Notes: a model not told the origin generated them from the letters alone. DNA of 64,000 bases from Tubiluchus corallicola (GCA_030141605.1 JAQGDQ010000011.1:368066-432065); one strand, 5' to 3'; positions 29,667-52,176 are shown, numbered from the stretch's first letter. Program-made: numbers and translations.

Positions 29667-32253
29667 GTAAGTTTTGTTTTGGTCTGTAGTCGGCTCTGTA
29701 GCCTAGTTGCATTAATTTATTACTATTATGATATAGTGATATTAGTACCGGTGCGCTATATTACTGCGCTACTAGTATTGCTAATACTATTACTACTAAA
29801 AAGTACTATATCAGTATTAGGCCAATTATGAGAAAATGTTCCATTGTGATAAACAGTCCCCATTGTGTTGATTGAAGCATCTGCGTGAACATTTTGTCGA
29901 TAGACATTGATGTGTATGTTGACCAATACAGGCTATAGTCGTTGTCTAACTAGTCTTATGCGCAGCAACATTGTAGTAGGGCCTATTGGCGCATTGTTGC
30001 AAAATATAGTTAAGTGAGGTAAGCTGAGGTGAAGGTAGAGATTCAAGGGTGACTTACCAGAATGAGTTTAAGGTCCAACTGTTGCACACAATGTCACAAA
30101 TCTATGATACTGCAGTACATTACAGAACACTTAATGATTTAGTTACGAATTACTCATCTGTAATGAATATGTAATGCCATCTTGCCATGGAGAAGATGTA
30201 TTAGAGATTTAGCAACTGAAGGGTTGTTGGTAGTGGTCATCAACATAATGAATGCACGTACAAAATGCAGAAAAGTGATCAAACAGATACACCAAAAATG
30301 GCAGAGAAAATTAAAAATCTGCAGTTTAAAGACTTAAAACAGGCTGCACATTGTGACAGTTGCCCATCTAGATTGGGTGGATATAGTCGAGAATCACTTT
30401 AAAATCTAATCATTTATTCATTTTTTTCTCAAACGTGAGTTTCTGTTTCCCCAGACAGAAGTAAGTCTTAAATACTTGCACTAAGTTGCTGTGCAGTTAG
30501 GCTGTCTTCGGCAATTGTGCCACGTTAAATGTCATTTCTAAAAATTAACGAAGACACAGATGTTTATCGTTTATAAAATTAAATTTTTAGTATTTTTTGA
30601 ACATTTTCTTGATAGTTTGATACCAGAATATCAAATTCCAATGTATTTAGCATTTGATTTTATAAAAAACAAAAAATTGACATCTGACCAAATTTTTGGT
30701 GCATTCTACTGTGAAACATCATAACGTAGTTTTAACTATGCCGACTTGCGGACGGTTTTGGTTTGCAAGCACACAAGTATTGGTTGAGCGTTTGTGTATG
30801 TAATAATGAAATTCCATATTGACTTAAAATAATCATTTACTTGATGAAAATGTTAGTTAATTTGTGTTGTATGCCAGTCAATTACAAATATAGCGTGACC
30901 GATTTGTACTCTAATTTTATTAAAGCGTTTTCCTCTTGTGTGTTGTAATTGCTTGCAATATCATCAAGCAATCCACCATTAGATATATTTTGATCTATTG
31001 AAGTGTTATTTGAATTTACTCAGACTAAAAGCAATCATTTATGTACACATGCAGGGAAGACTAATTTTAAAGAAAATCGCAGTACTCAATTACTTTCCAG
31101 TTTTATGAATACTGCCCCTGACTAAGCAAATATCTGAACGATCTTGAAATAAGGCTATTTTGATCGTCCTCATTTACCGGCTGAATTAATAACGAACATT
31201 TGTCCCTGTAAACAGCTTTCAATGAATTCGAATTAGTAGGATATAACTTGAAATAAATTTGGGCTGTGTATGGGGGGTCTATTATTAGAAATGAATAGCT
31301 CAATGAATAATAATGAGTGTATGGTGAATTACCTGGTGGCAATCAAGTACATACTCGAAGCCTGACCTCTTGAGATGTAGTTAAGTACATGTGATGAGTG
31401 ATGAAAAATTGTCGTCTAAACAATAGCAATCAATATTGGGTTAACAATAGGCTGCAGAAATTGATTTAGAGTAAAGCTCAATGATGTGACTTTTCTGACC
31501 CGACATCTCATAGGAAATGTGTAACTAAAATTTACTTTCACTAACATTGCAGTGATAATAATGTAAAGAGTTCTAGAGCTATGATCTAAAAAGAAATAAA
31601 AGTCTGGTAATATTTTGAAAGTTAATGTCAGATTTAGATATTATTGATTGTTAATGTTATGGGATTTGACAACAATAAAACATAATGAATAACGTAAAGC
31701 TAACAGAAAATAAATAATGAAATATGCTAGCTTAGACATGGGATATTAAATGCGTGATTAGGTGGCTAAGAGTCACCTAAAGCTATTGAAATGTATTTTG
31801 CTGAGTAAGCATATAAATCTGAATAGAGAAAGGCAGTGTAAAGTTTGTTTTTTTAACAGATTATTTGTTAATTTTAAGTTTGTCAGTTATAATACAAACA
31901 CATTTATAAAATAACATACTTGGCTTAGTGGCAATTGGTGAAACCTAGGACTGCTGTTATATCCCCAGTAATTTCGCTTGTTAATTGTGACATACCATTT
32001 TTACCTTAGGTACCAGTTAATTAAATTCAGTGTATTTTATATAAATGAAAACCTAGATTTTTACTTTGTATATTGATAAGCAATGCAGGTGGTTGACATT
32101 TTGCCATGGCAACTCTTAATTGCTCACCTGAACTGCTCTTTAGACCTTAAAAATTTCTGTATTCGTTTTGAAATTAATTGCCTTACTTTGAATAATACTA
32201 AAGAACAAAAGTAATTCAGATATATTTTTCTTGCAGGTGGTTTATAATCTATA

Positions 32254-40560
<8,307 letters not shown>

Positions 40561-41761
40561 ATGTTTGTTCAAGTTGTCTTGATAAATTGTTTTTGTGCCG
40601 ATTCCATTCATTTTTTGTTCTATTTAGTGCATTACAATGATCATAAAGCCACTTTAAAATTGCACTGTATCATGTGACTTATTGAGGCGGTGTAACAGTG
40701 CAACAGTGGGCCTTGTACGACAGCAAGTTTTGAGACGTACGTATTACAGGTCCTCTTTTGTACAGCAATCAACTATTTACATAATTTGTTTGTGGGTAGG
40801 TTGTTTTCTATACTCTATTGAATGTAGGACTGCAACAGATACAAATTTGGCAGCAACTTGTAAATCTTGCAAGAAATATTCCAATCGGACTGTACTAGCT
40901 GCAGGTCTACAGCTTTCTATTGCATAACTGCAACTACAACTCAGTCACTACAATTCAGTTGTGACTATTTATCTTCTATTGCCTAGGGCCAGTTTTTCAT
41001 ATAAAAAATTTGCAAGTTTTTCTTAAAGGATACCTGACACCTAAGTTGAAATTAGTTGGTACTCCCTATGTACGTTTCTGATTTTTGAAGATTGTGTAAA
41101 GTGCAGTTACTATAGGTGAATGTTATAATACAAAATCTGGCTGTATGCAGCATTCCTGTTAAATTTGATTTAATGGCATAATTATTTCTGAGAATATGTC
41201 TTGCAGTCATCGTTCGGGAATATTAAAATTATAGTGTTTCATTCTGTAATAAAATTAGTTTTAGATTACTTTTCTGCATTTACTGTATTGGTTTTGTGAT
41301 TGTTGTCCTCAATGATAGTAATTACAAATTCTGTTTGAAAAACCAATCTTTTGTGCAAGTTCAACTTTTGTAGAAGAATTGATAAAAAGTTTATAGTTAT
41401 GTCTTCACTAACTTGTGTTGAAATATTGTGAGCAAAAGTAAAGAAAATATAAAAATTTAAATTTACAGTTCTAGCTTGTGCGCTATGTAAAAGGTGTATA
41501 TACCAATATACATCATTTTAGCAAACAATCTGCTGGTATATTTCTGGTGTAAAGCAGTAAGTTAAAAATCAAAACTGTATCTGTTCAGTTAGATTTTAAG
41601 GACAGTTGAAGCATTTCTGGCAAAGTGATGATGGTGATAATCTTAAAATTAATACTGTGCCAAGCTGCTGACTAGTTTTTTAATTAGCTAATCCACTAAA
41701 GAGTGTATTGTTCTTAAAAAAATCTTAACAGTGAAGATAACAAAATCAAATTTCCATGATT

Positions 41762-43586
41762 TCATATCATTACATGATATTTTACTAGCCAAACTTGAAC
41801 ACTATGGTATCAGAGGCCTGCCTCTTCAATTGCCGCAGTCATATTTACACAATAGAAAACAATATACATCTATCGAGAATAAAAACTCAGATCTGGTAAA
41901 TGTGCAGTGTGGTGTTCCTCAAGGCTCAACTCTTGGTCCCCTTTTTTTCTTACTCTACATAAATGATCTCCCTTCAAATACCCAATTACATACTAGACTT
42001 TTTGCTGATGATACTAACTTTTTCAGTTCTGATACTAACATAAGTCACCTAGAAGAATTTCTTAATGTTGAACTAGCTAAAATAGATCTATGGATGAGAG
42101 CCAACCGGCTTTCTATAAACTATTCCAAAACAAAATATATGATAATTGGTAATCCCAGAAAAGTAAAAAATTTAACATTAAATTTGACAATGGGAAATAC
42201 CAGGATACAATCTGTACATCAAATAAAATATCTAGGAGTATTAATAGATCACAATCTTTCATGGAAAGCACATATACAATATATTGTTAACAAAACCAGT
42301 AAAATTATAGGTATTTTTTCGAAAGTTAGGCATTTTCTGAATTATGATTAAAAAAAACTTCTATATTCTTCCCTATTTTCACCGTATTTAGAATACAGCA
42401 TACTTACCTATGGCTCAGCACCCCATTCCACATTGCATCCTCTAATTACAAATCAAAATAAATTTATAAAGCTTTGGACAAATACAAATAGAAGAGCCCA
42501 TGTTACACCTTTATACCAGCAGCATAAAATCTTAAAACTTCAGGATATATATAAATTAGAGATGGCCAAATTTTTATATATAGGTTTAATAATAATATGC
42601 TTCCTGAAATTTTTCAGAATTATTACAAATCTGTAGCCCAGATGTACGAGTATCATACACGATTTGCCACTAACCAAACTTTCTATGTACATAGATTTAA
42701 TACTAACAAAGGGCAAAGATCTTTATCTTATCAAGGTGCTTTGTTGTTGTGGAACAGCCTGTCTAATGAACTAAAAATGGCACCTTTAGCAATTTGATAA
42801 TTAACTATAAATCATTTCTTATTTCTAATTACCATGTGTGACTTTTCTGCTAAGATCAAATCTGATAAATCTTCCCTGTTAGTGTTAATGTATTACCCTT
42901 GAGCTAATCTAGTAACTATAATTATATTACCATAGTACATCTTCTCATCAATTTTATCTATCATTCACTCATCAACTACAACAGTTTTTCTCATACTTAA
43001 TGTTTTATAACTGTGCCTGCTCCACTTATGTTTTTACTTCCATATTATGCTCTTCTTACTTCATATATATTCACTTTATTATGATTATTTTGCTCGTTGT
43101 TTCACAGCTATTATTAAGTTTTTATTATATTTTGTTTGAGTTTATTACTACATATTTTGTTTCTTTCACTGACTTATTATTTATGTTTTTTGTTGTTTTT
43201 TTTGGTTTGACTTTTTTCTAGTTTTTTTGTTTTAATCGGTTAGTTAAATTCTTTACATATTTTGTTAATCATCATTTCATATTTTTCATTTTATTTCTTT
43301 GTTGCATAGCCTACTTAGTTGTTTCGCTTTCATGTTTAATGTATCCCCCCATAAATTCATGTTAACAGCAGCACCACAAATTTTTTACAATTTTCACTAA
43401 CCTGAGAAGGGTAGCTGACTCGATGACCAATTGGTCTTTCGCTACCCTTTCTCCTGCACCCCCTTAACTCTTTCCTTTATGCTTAATTTATCCTTTTTAA
43501 TCAATAACTAAAAAAATAATTAGTCAATTTGTATGCAGGTGTAAATGAGGAGATAAATAAAAATGTCTATGTCTATGTCTATCTAT
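41762..43586 (+). mobile_element. 5'-truncated, disrupted non-LTR retrotransposon (CR1/L2/Crack group): RT C-terminal half, 3' UTR and tandem tail
   Basis: HDILLAKLEHYGIRG, GVPQGSTLGPLFFLLYINDLP, LFADDT, KYLGVLID..LSWK.HI; stop near 42349 and a frameshift near 42580. 3' stem-loop at 43403-43455 and (ATGTCT)n tail at 43563-43586. Confidence 0.9.
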
Positions 43587-44230
43587 GATTGGCTTAACGA
43601 TGATCCCCACTAAGCAGCCATGAAATTACGTACCAAATTGTGTAATATAAACGCATTAAATGTAAAAGAGGCTGATGGTCAGATCAAGCATCTTTTCCTC
43701 ATGTTGATGTTCATGTTGACATTATTAAATATCTTATCAGTTCATAATGATACACCATAAAGACAAAAACTGTTAGAAAGTATAACACTTGAATCACATA
43801 ATTGACATTACAATTTCAATCAGTTTTCTGTTTTTCATAGTTACTGTTGTTTGCAGTATTTACATGTTAAGGTGCCAATGATAGAAACACTTGTTCGCAG
43901 AGAACTGCAGTTAACACTCAACGTGTCTGACGCTGTTGTCAGATGCCCGAGATCTTCCATACTGTAAAATTTGTGTACTAGGCTGTTACTAGACTGAGTT
44001 TATTAAATTAGCTAGTAGTTACCAGTTACTGCCTACCGTTGTGGTGGTAAGTACGTGTAGGTTGTTACATTTGGCGAGTAAGTGTCATCGCCATGTTAAT
44101 TTGTAGGCGATATCGCCATTTGGCGAACAATTAGCACAGAGTTTTAGTTTTCTTTGTCCTATAATACACTTCATGTTCATGGTTTTTCGTTTGTTTTGCT
44201 TTTTTCACTTTTTAATATTAGTAAAATATT

Positions 44231-44873
44231 TAGGGTTACCATATTGTGTGAGTTGAAAAAGAGGACACTTTTTCACGCACTTGTAAGTAGGCAAAAATGA
44301 CCAGTCTAGGCTCTATTAAAACAATGCAAATTATACAAATGGGCCTACTTGTATCCTAATAGCAATGCCAAATGGCTATACTGCAAAAAACATTAACACA
44401 CTGCAACTGTCAGTCGCCTGCTTCTTCTTGGCTCTCAGAAACAGTTACGCTTGAACTTGACTGAGCCGAGGCTGAGACCAAGAATACTTTTCCGAAGACC
44501 GAATTGCTTTCAGCCATTTTGGTCGACTGCACAGATATACGTAAAAGTCTTTGCATGATGTTTGAAATTATGCTGAACAAAGAGAATTCTTTTCACGGAT
44601 TCAACATGCAACTTGTTTCTTTCCCTTGTCCACTGGCTTTGCATAAGTGAAAACACTCGTTCAGTATTAGTGTTGTGTGACGGAATCGCAAAGAACGAAT
44701 TAACGTGCTTTTCTTTGTCTTGTACTGTCGTATGCCTCTGTAGTTGGCAACGTCCGTACATACTTATGGATTGAGGCAATACCCGGACAAACTGCCAATT
44801 TTTTGAAAATTCGCCTGGACAGAGGCCCAAAAAGAGGACGTGTGCACGGAAACCCGGACATATGGTAACCCTG
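44231..44873 (-). mobile_element. hAT (Blackjack-like) internally deleted DNA transposon
   Basis: TIRs TAGGGTTACCATAT ... ATATGGTAACCCTG with a perfect 8-bp TSD AAAATATT (44223-44230 and 44874-44881). The minus-strand peptide FFAIPSHNTNTERVFSLMQSQWTRERNKL is the hAT C-terminal dimerisation motif. Confidence 0.9.
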
Positions 44874-45474
44874 AAAATATTGCCTAAAAATTAGTAAAAT
44901 ATTAGTTAGCGTCTGCTGCATTTGATTATTATTTAATTACATTTTGTTTATTTATGTTGTTATTTTGTTCATTGATGTTGATGTACTTGTCATTGTCTAT
45001 ATAAGGATGGCTGACGATGGCTTATTTGACAACCCCAGGTCTTTCACCAGTCTCTCTCTATTATATTTGCTATTATATGGATAGTATACTCTATTTGCTG
45101 TAACTGCTTTTTAAATTAATGATTGCATTACAGGCAAATAAACTTTTGAAATTGAATTTTGTTAGTAATTAAATTAGTACTTAATAATTTATGTGTTTAT
45201 ACAAAATGAGATTTATTGCCCGAAATTTTTGGTAGTCATTCCACATCAGTTGCAGAAACACATCTTAACTATGTATGATTTCTTACTAGTTACAGATGTA
45301 AGAGTATGATTTGAAGCAAATAAAAAGTGGCTGAGCTATGGAAGTCTGCAGCAACATAAGTAATGTCACATAAGTACTTTTAATTTCGCCAAAAATGCAA
45401 CAATTTGGTGCGAGACATCACCAACATCAATAGTCATCACTTACATACTAGTATATTTTTTGATAATTTCAGAA

Positions 45475-48400
45475 ATGACGGACATTTTAAAGTCATTGAA
45501 AGAACGAGGAACCAAGCGCCGTAAATTGCTAGCACAACAGGTAGCCTTTATATAATTTCTTATATGTAGTAGCCTTTTATGATTTAAAACTTTTGTTAAT
45601 CACTGTTGCAGCTGGGAATCAATTGGAACCAGGTTGTTTTATTTTTATAAAACCCAGATTGTTTATCTGTGTTTTGGTATTTAATCTTTCATGGAAAAGG
45701 GTCACTGCTCTGGTGATCTTTCTGCACACACCAGATGTTTATATTGGTTAATATGCAGTTGTAAGATGAGATACATTCTTGGCTTAATTGCACATTGGTT
45801 TCTCTTCGACTTGACCTTAGTGTAGATATGCTAAGAAAGCCTCTAAAATTTCTCTTCTTTGCATCTGCAACTTGTGAATTTACTTGTAATTCTCTGAGCT
45901 CTGTCTTGTTAATGGCCTTTGTGTGACCAGTTGACACATTATCATGTGGTGTGAATTTTCTGTATAAAATTGACCTTGGTTTAGAATTACATTTTTGTTT
46001 TTGATTATCCAAGAAAGCCATTTGGATAGTCTATCTTTCTATCTATCTAGGTAGATAAATAGATAGAAATCTACCCATCTATCACTAAAATTTCTCTTCT
46101 GCTTTGGATTTATAATTTGTGAATTTATTTGTAATTCTCTGTGCTCTTTCTTGTTGTTTGTTGTCAATGAGGTGGTTGAAATCAGTAATTTAATTGACTT
46201 CTGCCAGTTTAATAAATAATCTTTTAGATTTTAAAGTAGCTCTGTTGCACCACTGACCCACGTATGACTTATGGGAGTTTTTACTTGCAGCTTGGTGCTG
46301 GCAGTGTAGACCGACTGAGTAGCATTTTGGGAAGCCAAGATGACAGGGATGCACTTTTTTCGTCCAAGCAGGGCTCTCGTTCGAGCGAAAAGGGGATTGG
46401 TGCTAAGCAGGAGTGGGAGAGTGACGACGAGGTAGGTAGGTCGAGACAAAGTAGGTGGAAGCAGTGTGCATTTAGAATTTTAGGCAAATAAAGGTGTGGA
46501 TTCAGCAGGTACTCTCCTTGGATGACTGGTGGACAGGGTTGGTTCCACTAACTATTTTTATTGTTTTTAGGATCATTTTACATATGAAGAACCGGAAGAT
46601 TTAACTCCAAAAGTGTATCAAGATTCCAGCACTTTCTTAAAGGTAACATCATCGGAATTGTTATCTTGATACATACTTTGTTGATATCGCCATTGTAGAC
46701 CATTAGACTACAAAATTTGGTAGCTGCAAGTATTAATTTTGAAATTCAATTTAGCTTGATTTTATTGTTATATTTTGTTAGTAATTTGAGTAAAATACAT
46801 GTTGTTGTCATTGTCAGATTGTAAAAAATGTAAGGTTCTGTTATTTGCTTTTTGCTGTATGAGTTGATTGTAAATTAAGCTACACGGATGACTGTTCCAG
46901 TTTTGTTGAATTCATTCCTCTTAATAGTCCTATATTGTTAATATTATTGCAAGTGAACTGATATTGCATGTTTGAAATTGATTAAAGGGGACGCAAAGTG
47001 CAAACCCGCATAACGACTACTGTCAACACTTTGTGGACACCGGTCAAAGACCGCAGAATTTCATTCGGGATGTTGGACTGGCAGATCGTTTTGAAGAATA
47101 TCCGAAACTTCGAGAGCTCATTAAGCTAAAAGATGAGTTGATTTCTCGAACTGCAACTCCGCCTATGTAAGTTTGATACATAAGTGGTTTGTTTGTTCAT
47201 CACAGGGTGGCACTACTGTATGCATTACTGCACATGGTACTGATAGAGCAGTAGCTGCAAATCAGGCTTTTATTAATGAAATAAAATAGAAGACTTGTAT
47301 GCTGTTAGTTGTGCTTTTACTTATTAATATCGAGTTAATTTGCGCAATAAAACCGTAGTATACAGTGGTATAGTCCACATTTCCAATGGAACTGTATCGG
47401 ATGTAGATTATAGAGTATGTGTATATATGTATATATGTGTATATGTATATATGTGTATGTGGAGTACAAAAACTTCTGACAACTGATAGTTTTTTTATTA
47501 AGTGGGCTATCTGCACTTTGCTCCCCCTCGGCAAAATATACTCCTGGTTACTAAGTTAAACTCACCGTCTCAAACCTGCCAATGATTTGATGTAAAGATG
47601 ATTGTGAAACGTAGAAAGCCTGGAGATCAAAAAATCAGAGCAAAAAAATGAAATTAATTTTCGGGTATTACTAAACTTTCTTATGCTATTATTGCCATAC
47701 ACTATGCTTTATAATTAAATATGTTATTTTGTACACATGAAAAAAAGATCAATAGCACAAAAATGTGCTTAATTTTCAATAACTGTCATACCATTTAGTG
47801 TAATATACATCGTGAGATTACATGAATATATTTTATGGCTATTTTAGTTTGTTTAATCTTATTTTGTGTAGGTATCTCAAGTGTGATCTCACTGAGTACA
47901 GCTTAGCTGATTTAAATTGCAAATTTGATGTTATTCTAGTGGAACCGCCGCTCCTCGAATATCAAAGGACACATGGTGTGACAAACATGCGTTGCTGGTC
48001 TTGGGAGGAGGTTAGCTTTATGTTTTCACATTAAGTTTATTAACGACTTCATGGTATTAGATATTATGTCCTTGTTTTTTAAATTTAAAATTTGTCACCA
48101 ACATGTTAAATGATAGTGGTTTATTTTTAGATGTCCAGGCTAATGTGTATCCAAATGTCATCAGTAAATAAGAACAAATTAATGTGCTGAAGAACATTTA
48201 ACAGTCGAATGGCTTCTCACTTTTTACAACAGACATGAAAACTTAATGATATATAACTGTCACTTAAAACGACATTCTTGCACAAGTGTTAGTTTCCTGT
48301 TATATAGTTATATAGTTCACTGTTAAAATCTATCAACTAGGCTTTGAGTTTTCGTTACTTTTTTCTCATTGGAAACGCCTGATAAAAAAATTACATGGTG

Positions 48401-51400
48401 TAGTAGAGAATTTCACAAGTTTTTCTAACCGTGTGTAACACAAATTTTGCTGCCGTGGTCACTTGCAATAATAGTAGGATAGTGGATAGTCTTTGTGGAT
48501 AGTAGGTGAATCTTGCTGGTTGTTTCAACTACGGTACAGTTAATATTAATTTCTAGTGGTTGATGTTTATACACAGAATAGACAGGAATTGTACCTTCAT
48601 AATCATAGTGAAACGATATGCCTAAGTGAATGTTCTAAGAGTGATAATTTGGCATAAATGTTTATGTGTGCACTGTCATCCAACAACACGCTATATTTCG
48701 TCACTTTCTGAGCTGTTATTCAGCACTCAACTGCAAAGCCTACTGGTTTAGTCGTTACTTAGACTGGAACGTAGTTTATTGTCATGGGTCATATTTTGAG
48801 ATGAGTTACCAAACCAGCAAAGCTAAGCCCCTTTCAGATGCATATACGTCCTTGATGCATGAAGAATAATACTTGTGAGAGGAGTATAGCAGCCATGACA
48901 TGTGACTTGCGCATTTTTAACCAGTACTAGTTATGCAGTGTTCGGGCTGGTTACTGTATTCTTGCTTACACAGTTCCAAGCTATATAAAACAAACTAAAC
49001 CTGTAATGCAATTTGTGTAATAAAATGCTTTATGGTTGATGGCATCAAAGACAGTCAATAATTCAACAAATATTAGAACAACATTAGATTGTTACAGCAT
49101 GTTACAGTTTTCTCTCCCGAGTTTTCTCTCTGATAACAAACTTGCAAATGTGAACTGCTTTGTGAGTTACTGTGGGCAAATTGTTGCAAACTTTTCGACT
49201 ATTGCAGCAAATTGAATTGTTGTGAGCTACTCTCAGCAATTAGAGAAGTGAGTGTCAGCTGATGCTTACTATTGGAGAGCAACTCACAGAAAGTTTTGCA
49301 TTCTAGTCTGAACACACTCGCTAGAAAGTTTGCTTACTCCACAAGGACACTTGTCCTGTCATGCCTACCTGTTAGTTTCAGCAACTATTGCCAGCAACTG
49401 CAGCAGCAAATTTATCATGTTATACATGGTTAGGAAAACTTGTGAAATTCTCTACTTAACCATGTCAGACATTTCCAGTGAGTAAATACACAGTTGGGAT
49501 ACATCAGAGTGAAGAACTCGAACAAGTTTTTGTACCTTACGTTAAGCAAATTGATATTTAAATCTTAATTAAACAGCCCATAAAAAGAAACTTAGTGATA
49601 GTGAATTGCGAGAATTGTGTAATTTAGGTATTTATTGGTAATTTTTGTCATAGATAATGAATTTGGACATTGAAGAGGTTGCTGCTCAGCGATCGTTTAT
49701 CTACTTGTGGTGCGGTTCTTCTGATGGTTTGGATTTAGGTCGACAGGTACAGTTTCCAGATTGACATGTGCGATATCATTTCCAAAACAAACATTTCTAC
49801 AAACATCTTTTTGGAAATTATAGTGAATGCTAATTATGAATAATTGTTTTCCCACATTTTAGCTTACACTGACGATGGCAAATGTTGTTGTCGAAACATT
49901 TGTCGGCATCATAATAGTTGTTCGTGGGTGAATAAATCTGTTTGGATTCTAGTAACCATGATATATGTGGCTCTTCTGGTGTTTACCAGATGAAGATTAG
50001 GTCCGAATCCGAATCAATCAGTAACTAGTGTCAGTAGATATGAGAGACTTGATAAGAGTTGTCAATGTAAGTTGTTTTTCTGAAGATGACCAGCTTCCTT
50101 GAGTTTTTTCCGGCACTGTGGCCACAGAGAAACTATTGTAATTATTCTTACATTATTTTCAGTGTTTAAAGAAATGGGGATTTCGTCGTTCAGAAGATAT
50201 CTGTTGGGTGAAAACAAATTCGAGTAACCCTGGACATTCCACGAACCTTGATACAAATCAGATATTCCAGAGAACAAAGGTAATGAGATTAAATTGAATT
50301 CTTTGAAAATCAATTTCGTTATTTTTACTGAAATGTAGTTATGCTTGTGCTAGATGTCAGTGCATAGGCTGTGTGTTTGCTGCTTAATTAACTGTCCTCT
50401 TAATAAAATCAAAAAGCAAATGAAGCTATAATCACCAAACTTGGTACAGGCGTAGGCATGTCAAGACCTGAAAACTCACTACTTGTTAGCTGAAAAGGTC
50501 AAAAATCAAAGTCGCAAGGTCAAAAAAATGTTGAAATAAATTTTAGCCTATACTGACTTCATATGAGGGTGTGGGTTTGCACTTCTGTTGATCTCCTTTG
50601 TTTTTTTGTAAAATTTATGTGTATTAACAAATTTAACTTCACAATTCATTAAATAGGCTGATCTATTCTGTTCGTATCTCGTAGTGTTGCCAAGCTGTCT
50701 TTAAGTGCAAGGACAATATGTCTGCAAAATTTGACTGTTTTTTGTTCATTTCCTTTGCTGGGAGAGGATTGAGACAGGATGCGCATGTAATCGTCCGGTC
50801 AAATCCGTCAGAGTAGTAACAAATAAAAATCTTTGAGATATCTGCAGGTGGCCACAATTTCCAAACTTTGTTTTAGTAATAGTGATTTATATTTTTAATT
50901 GCATTACAGAATTTATTTGCAAATTTTTGAACTGTAGGTGTTGAAGCATGTACTGTAGCTTACCTGTAATTACCTGTCTCGTTACAGGAGCACTGCTTGA
51001 TGGGAATCAAGGGCACTGTGAGGAGGAGTACAGATGGGGATTTTATCCACGCTAATGTCGATATCGATCTCATCATCTCTGAAGAACCTGAGTGGGGGAG
51101 TATAGAGAAGCCAGTGGAGATGTTTCACATTATAGAACACTTTTGTCTCGGAAGACGGCGGCTGCATATATTTGGGAAGGATGGTACGGCATTGTCTTTT
51201 TCCCATTTTTTACCTGTTAAGTCTGTGCTAGACAGTAGTCTGCCATCTTTCTGGTAAAAAATTTGTTTTCAAAACAGTAGATGCATTAGATAGTCATCTT
51301 AAGACAGTTTGGCTTCTTAGGACAACGTCCATTATATGGTACAGTTGTTCATCTGGTTTGCCTCTTTACTATTAAGCAAGTAGAGTAAGTTATGGTAATT

Positions 51401-52176
51401 CAGAAAATTTCTCTTGTGCACTTTGTAGTTTGATCCTTTGAGATTTTGCATTACAATTTTACCGATTTTTAAAAGAACTTTTGCTCAGCTCAAACAAAAG
51501 TCACTCTGATTTCAAATTCTGAAAGAGTTAGGTATACATCTATAATTTGAGCTTTTTGATTTCAATTTTGAATATTTTGCGTGTAATTTTCCAGCAAAAA
51601 TTTTGGCATTGATCGATTAGCACTGTATATGAATAAAATGAACCTATAATAATATAACATTATGAAATCAAAATTGATCAGAGTAGAGCTGTGTCCCTAG
51701 ATCAGAGTAAATTTGAACCACAGACCTTTGGATTACAAGTTAAATGCCAAGTCTACTGGATCACGCAGCCTGATAATTAATGATATGAATTTTTCAATGA
51801 ATTTAGAGCTTAGAATTGTCTGCATATGAGCAATTAATTGTGAAAGTTCTTAACTTGATGACTTGCAATTAATTATGGAATGAACTGAATGTTTTTTACC
51901 TTTATTTTAGGTACGATACGGCCGGGTTGGCTGAGCGTGGGACCCGACTTAACCAACAGCAACTTTAACAGTGAAACTTACAACACCTACTTCAACGCGA
52001 CTTCCCCTAGTTTAACCACGGGTTGTACAGAGCGCATAGAGACGCTACGTCCCAAGTCGCCGCCTCCCAAAAGCGGCTCAGGCGGTGGAAGAGGAGGACG
52101 TGGTGGTTCAAATAGGGGAGGGTCGTTTCGAGGAGGATTTCCGGGTAGAGGCAGGGGGCACAGGGGTGGATTTTAG
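45475..52176 (+). CDS. METTL14: m6A methyltransferase non-catalytic subunit METTL14
   Basis: Exons 45475-45540, 46291-46431, 46571-46642, 46988-47166, 47872-48010, 49654-49746, 50163-50279, 50988-51183, 51911-52176, all in phase. Motifs LLAQQ|[38 protein letters not shown], degenerate [29 protein letters not shown] and an RGG tail. A possible non-coding first exon has a donor at 44047. Confidence 0.95.
49869..50020 (+). mobile_element. Degenerate minimal hammerhead-ribozyme motifs, Penelope-like-element LTR type
   Basis: CTGACGA-T-GGCAA(atgttg)TTGTC-GAAAC-ATTT-GTC-GG at 49869-49906, and a second decayed core CAGATGA-A-GATT...AATC-CGAATC at 49987-50015. Confidence 0.5.
50400..50600 (+). mobile_element. 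Possible non-autonomous Helitron/Helentron-like fragment
   Basis: TCACCAAACTTGGTACA followed by repeated AAGGTCA motifs and GGGTTTGCACT. Recognised from memory of common marine-invertebrate repeats, not verified. Confidence 0.35.
51704..51770 (-). repeat. Degenerate tRNA-derived (SINE-like) head
   Basis: Reverse complement GGCTGCGTGATCCAGTAG...GTGGTTCAAAT has A-box and B-box-like motifs at tRNA spacing. Confidence 0.35.

Noticed and set aside
45841-46155. Duplicated ~70-bp segment in a METTL14 intron
   Set aside because: Looks like a decayed local duplication with no coding or structural signal.
46643-46987. Possible U12-type intron (weak AAG acceptor)
   Set aside because: The donor GTAACA lacks the U12 consensus RTATCCTT.
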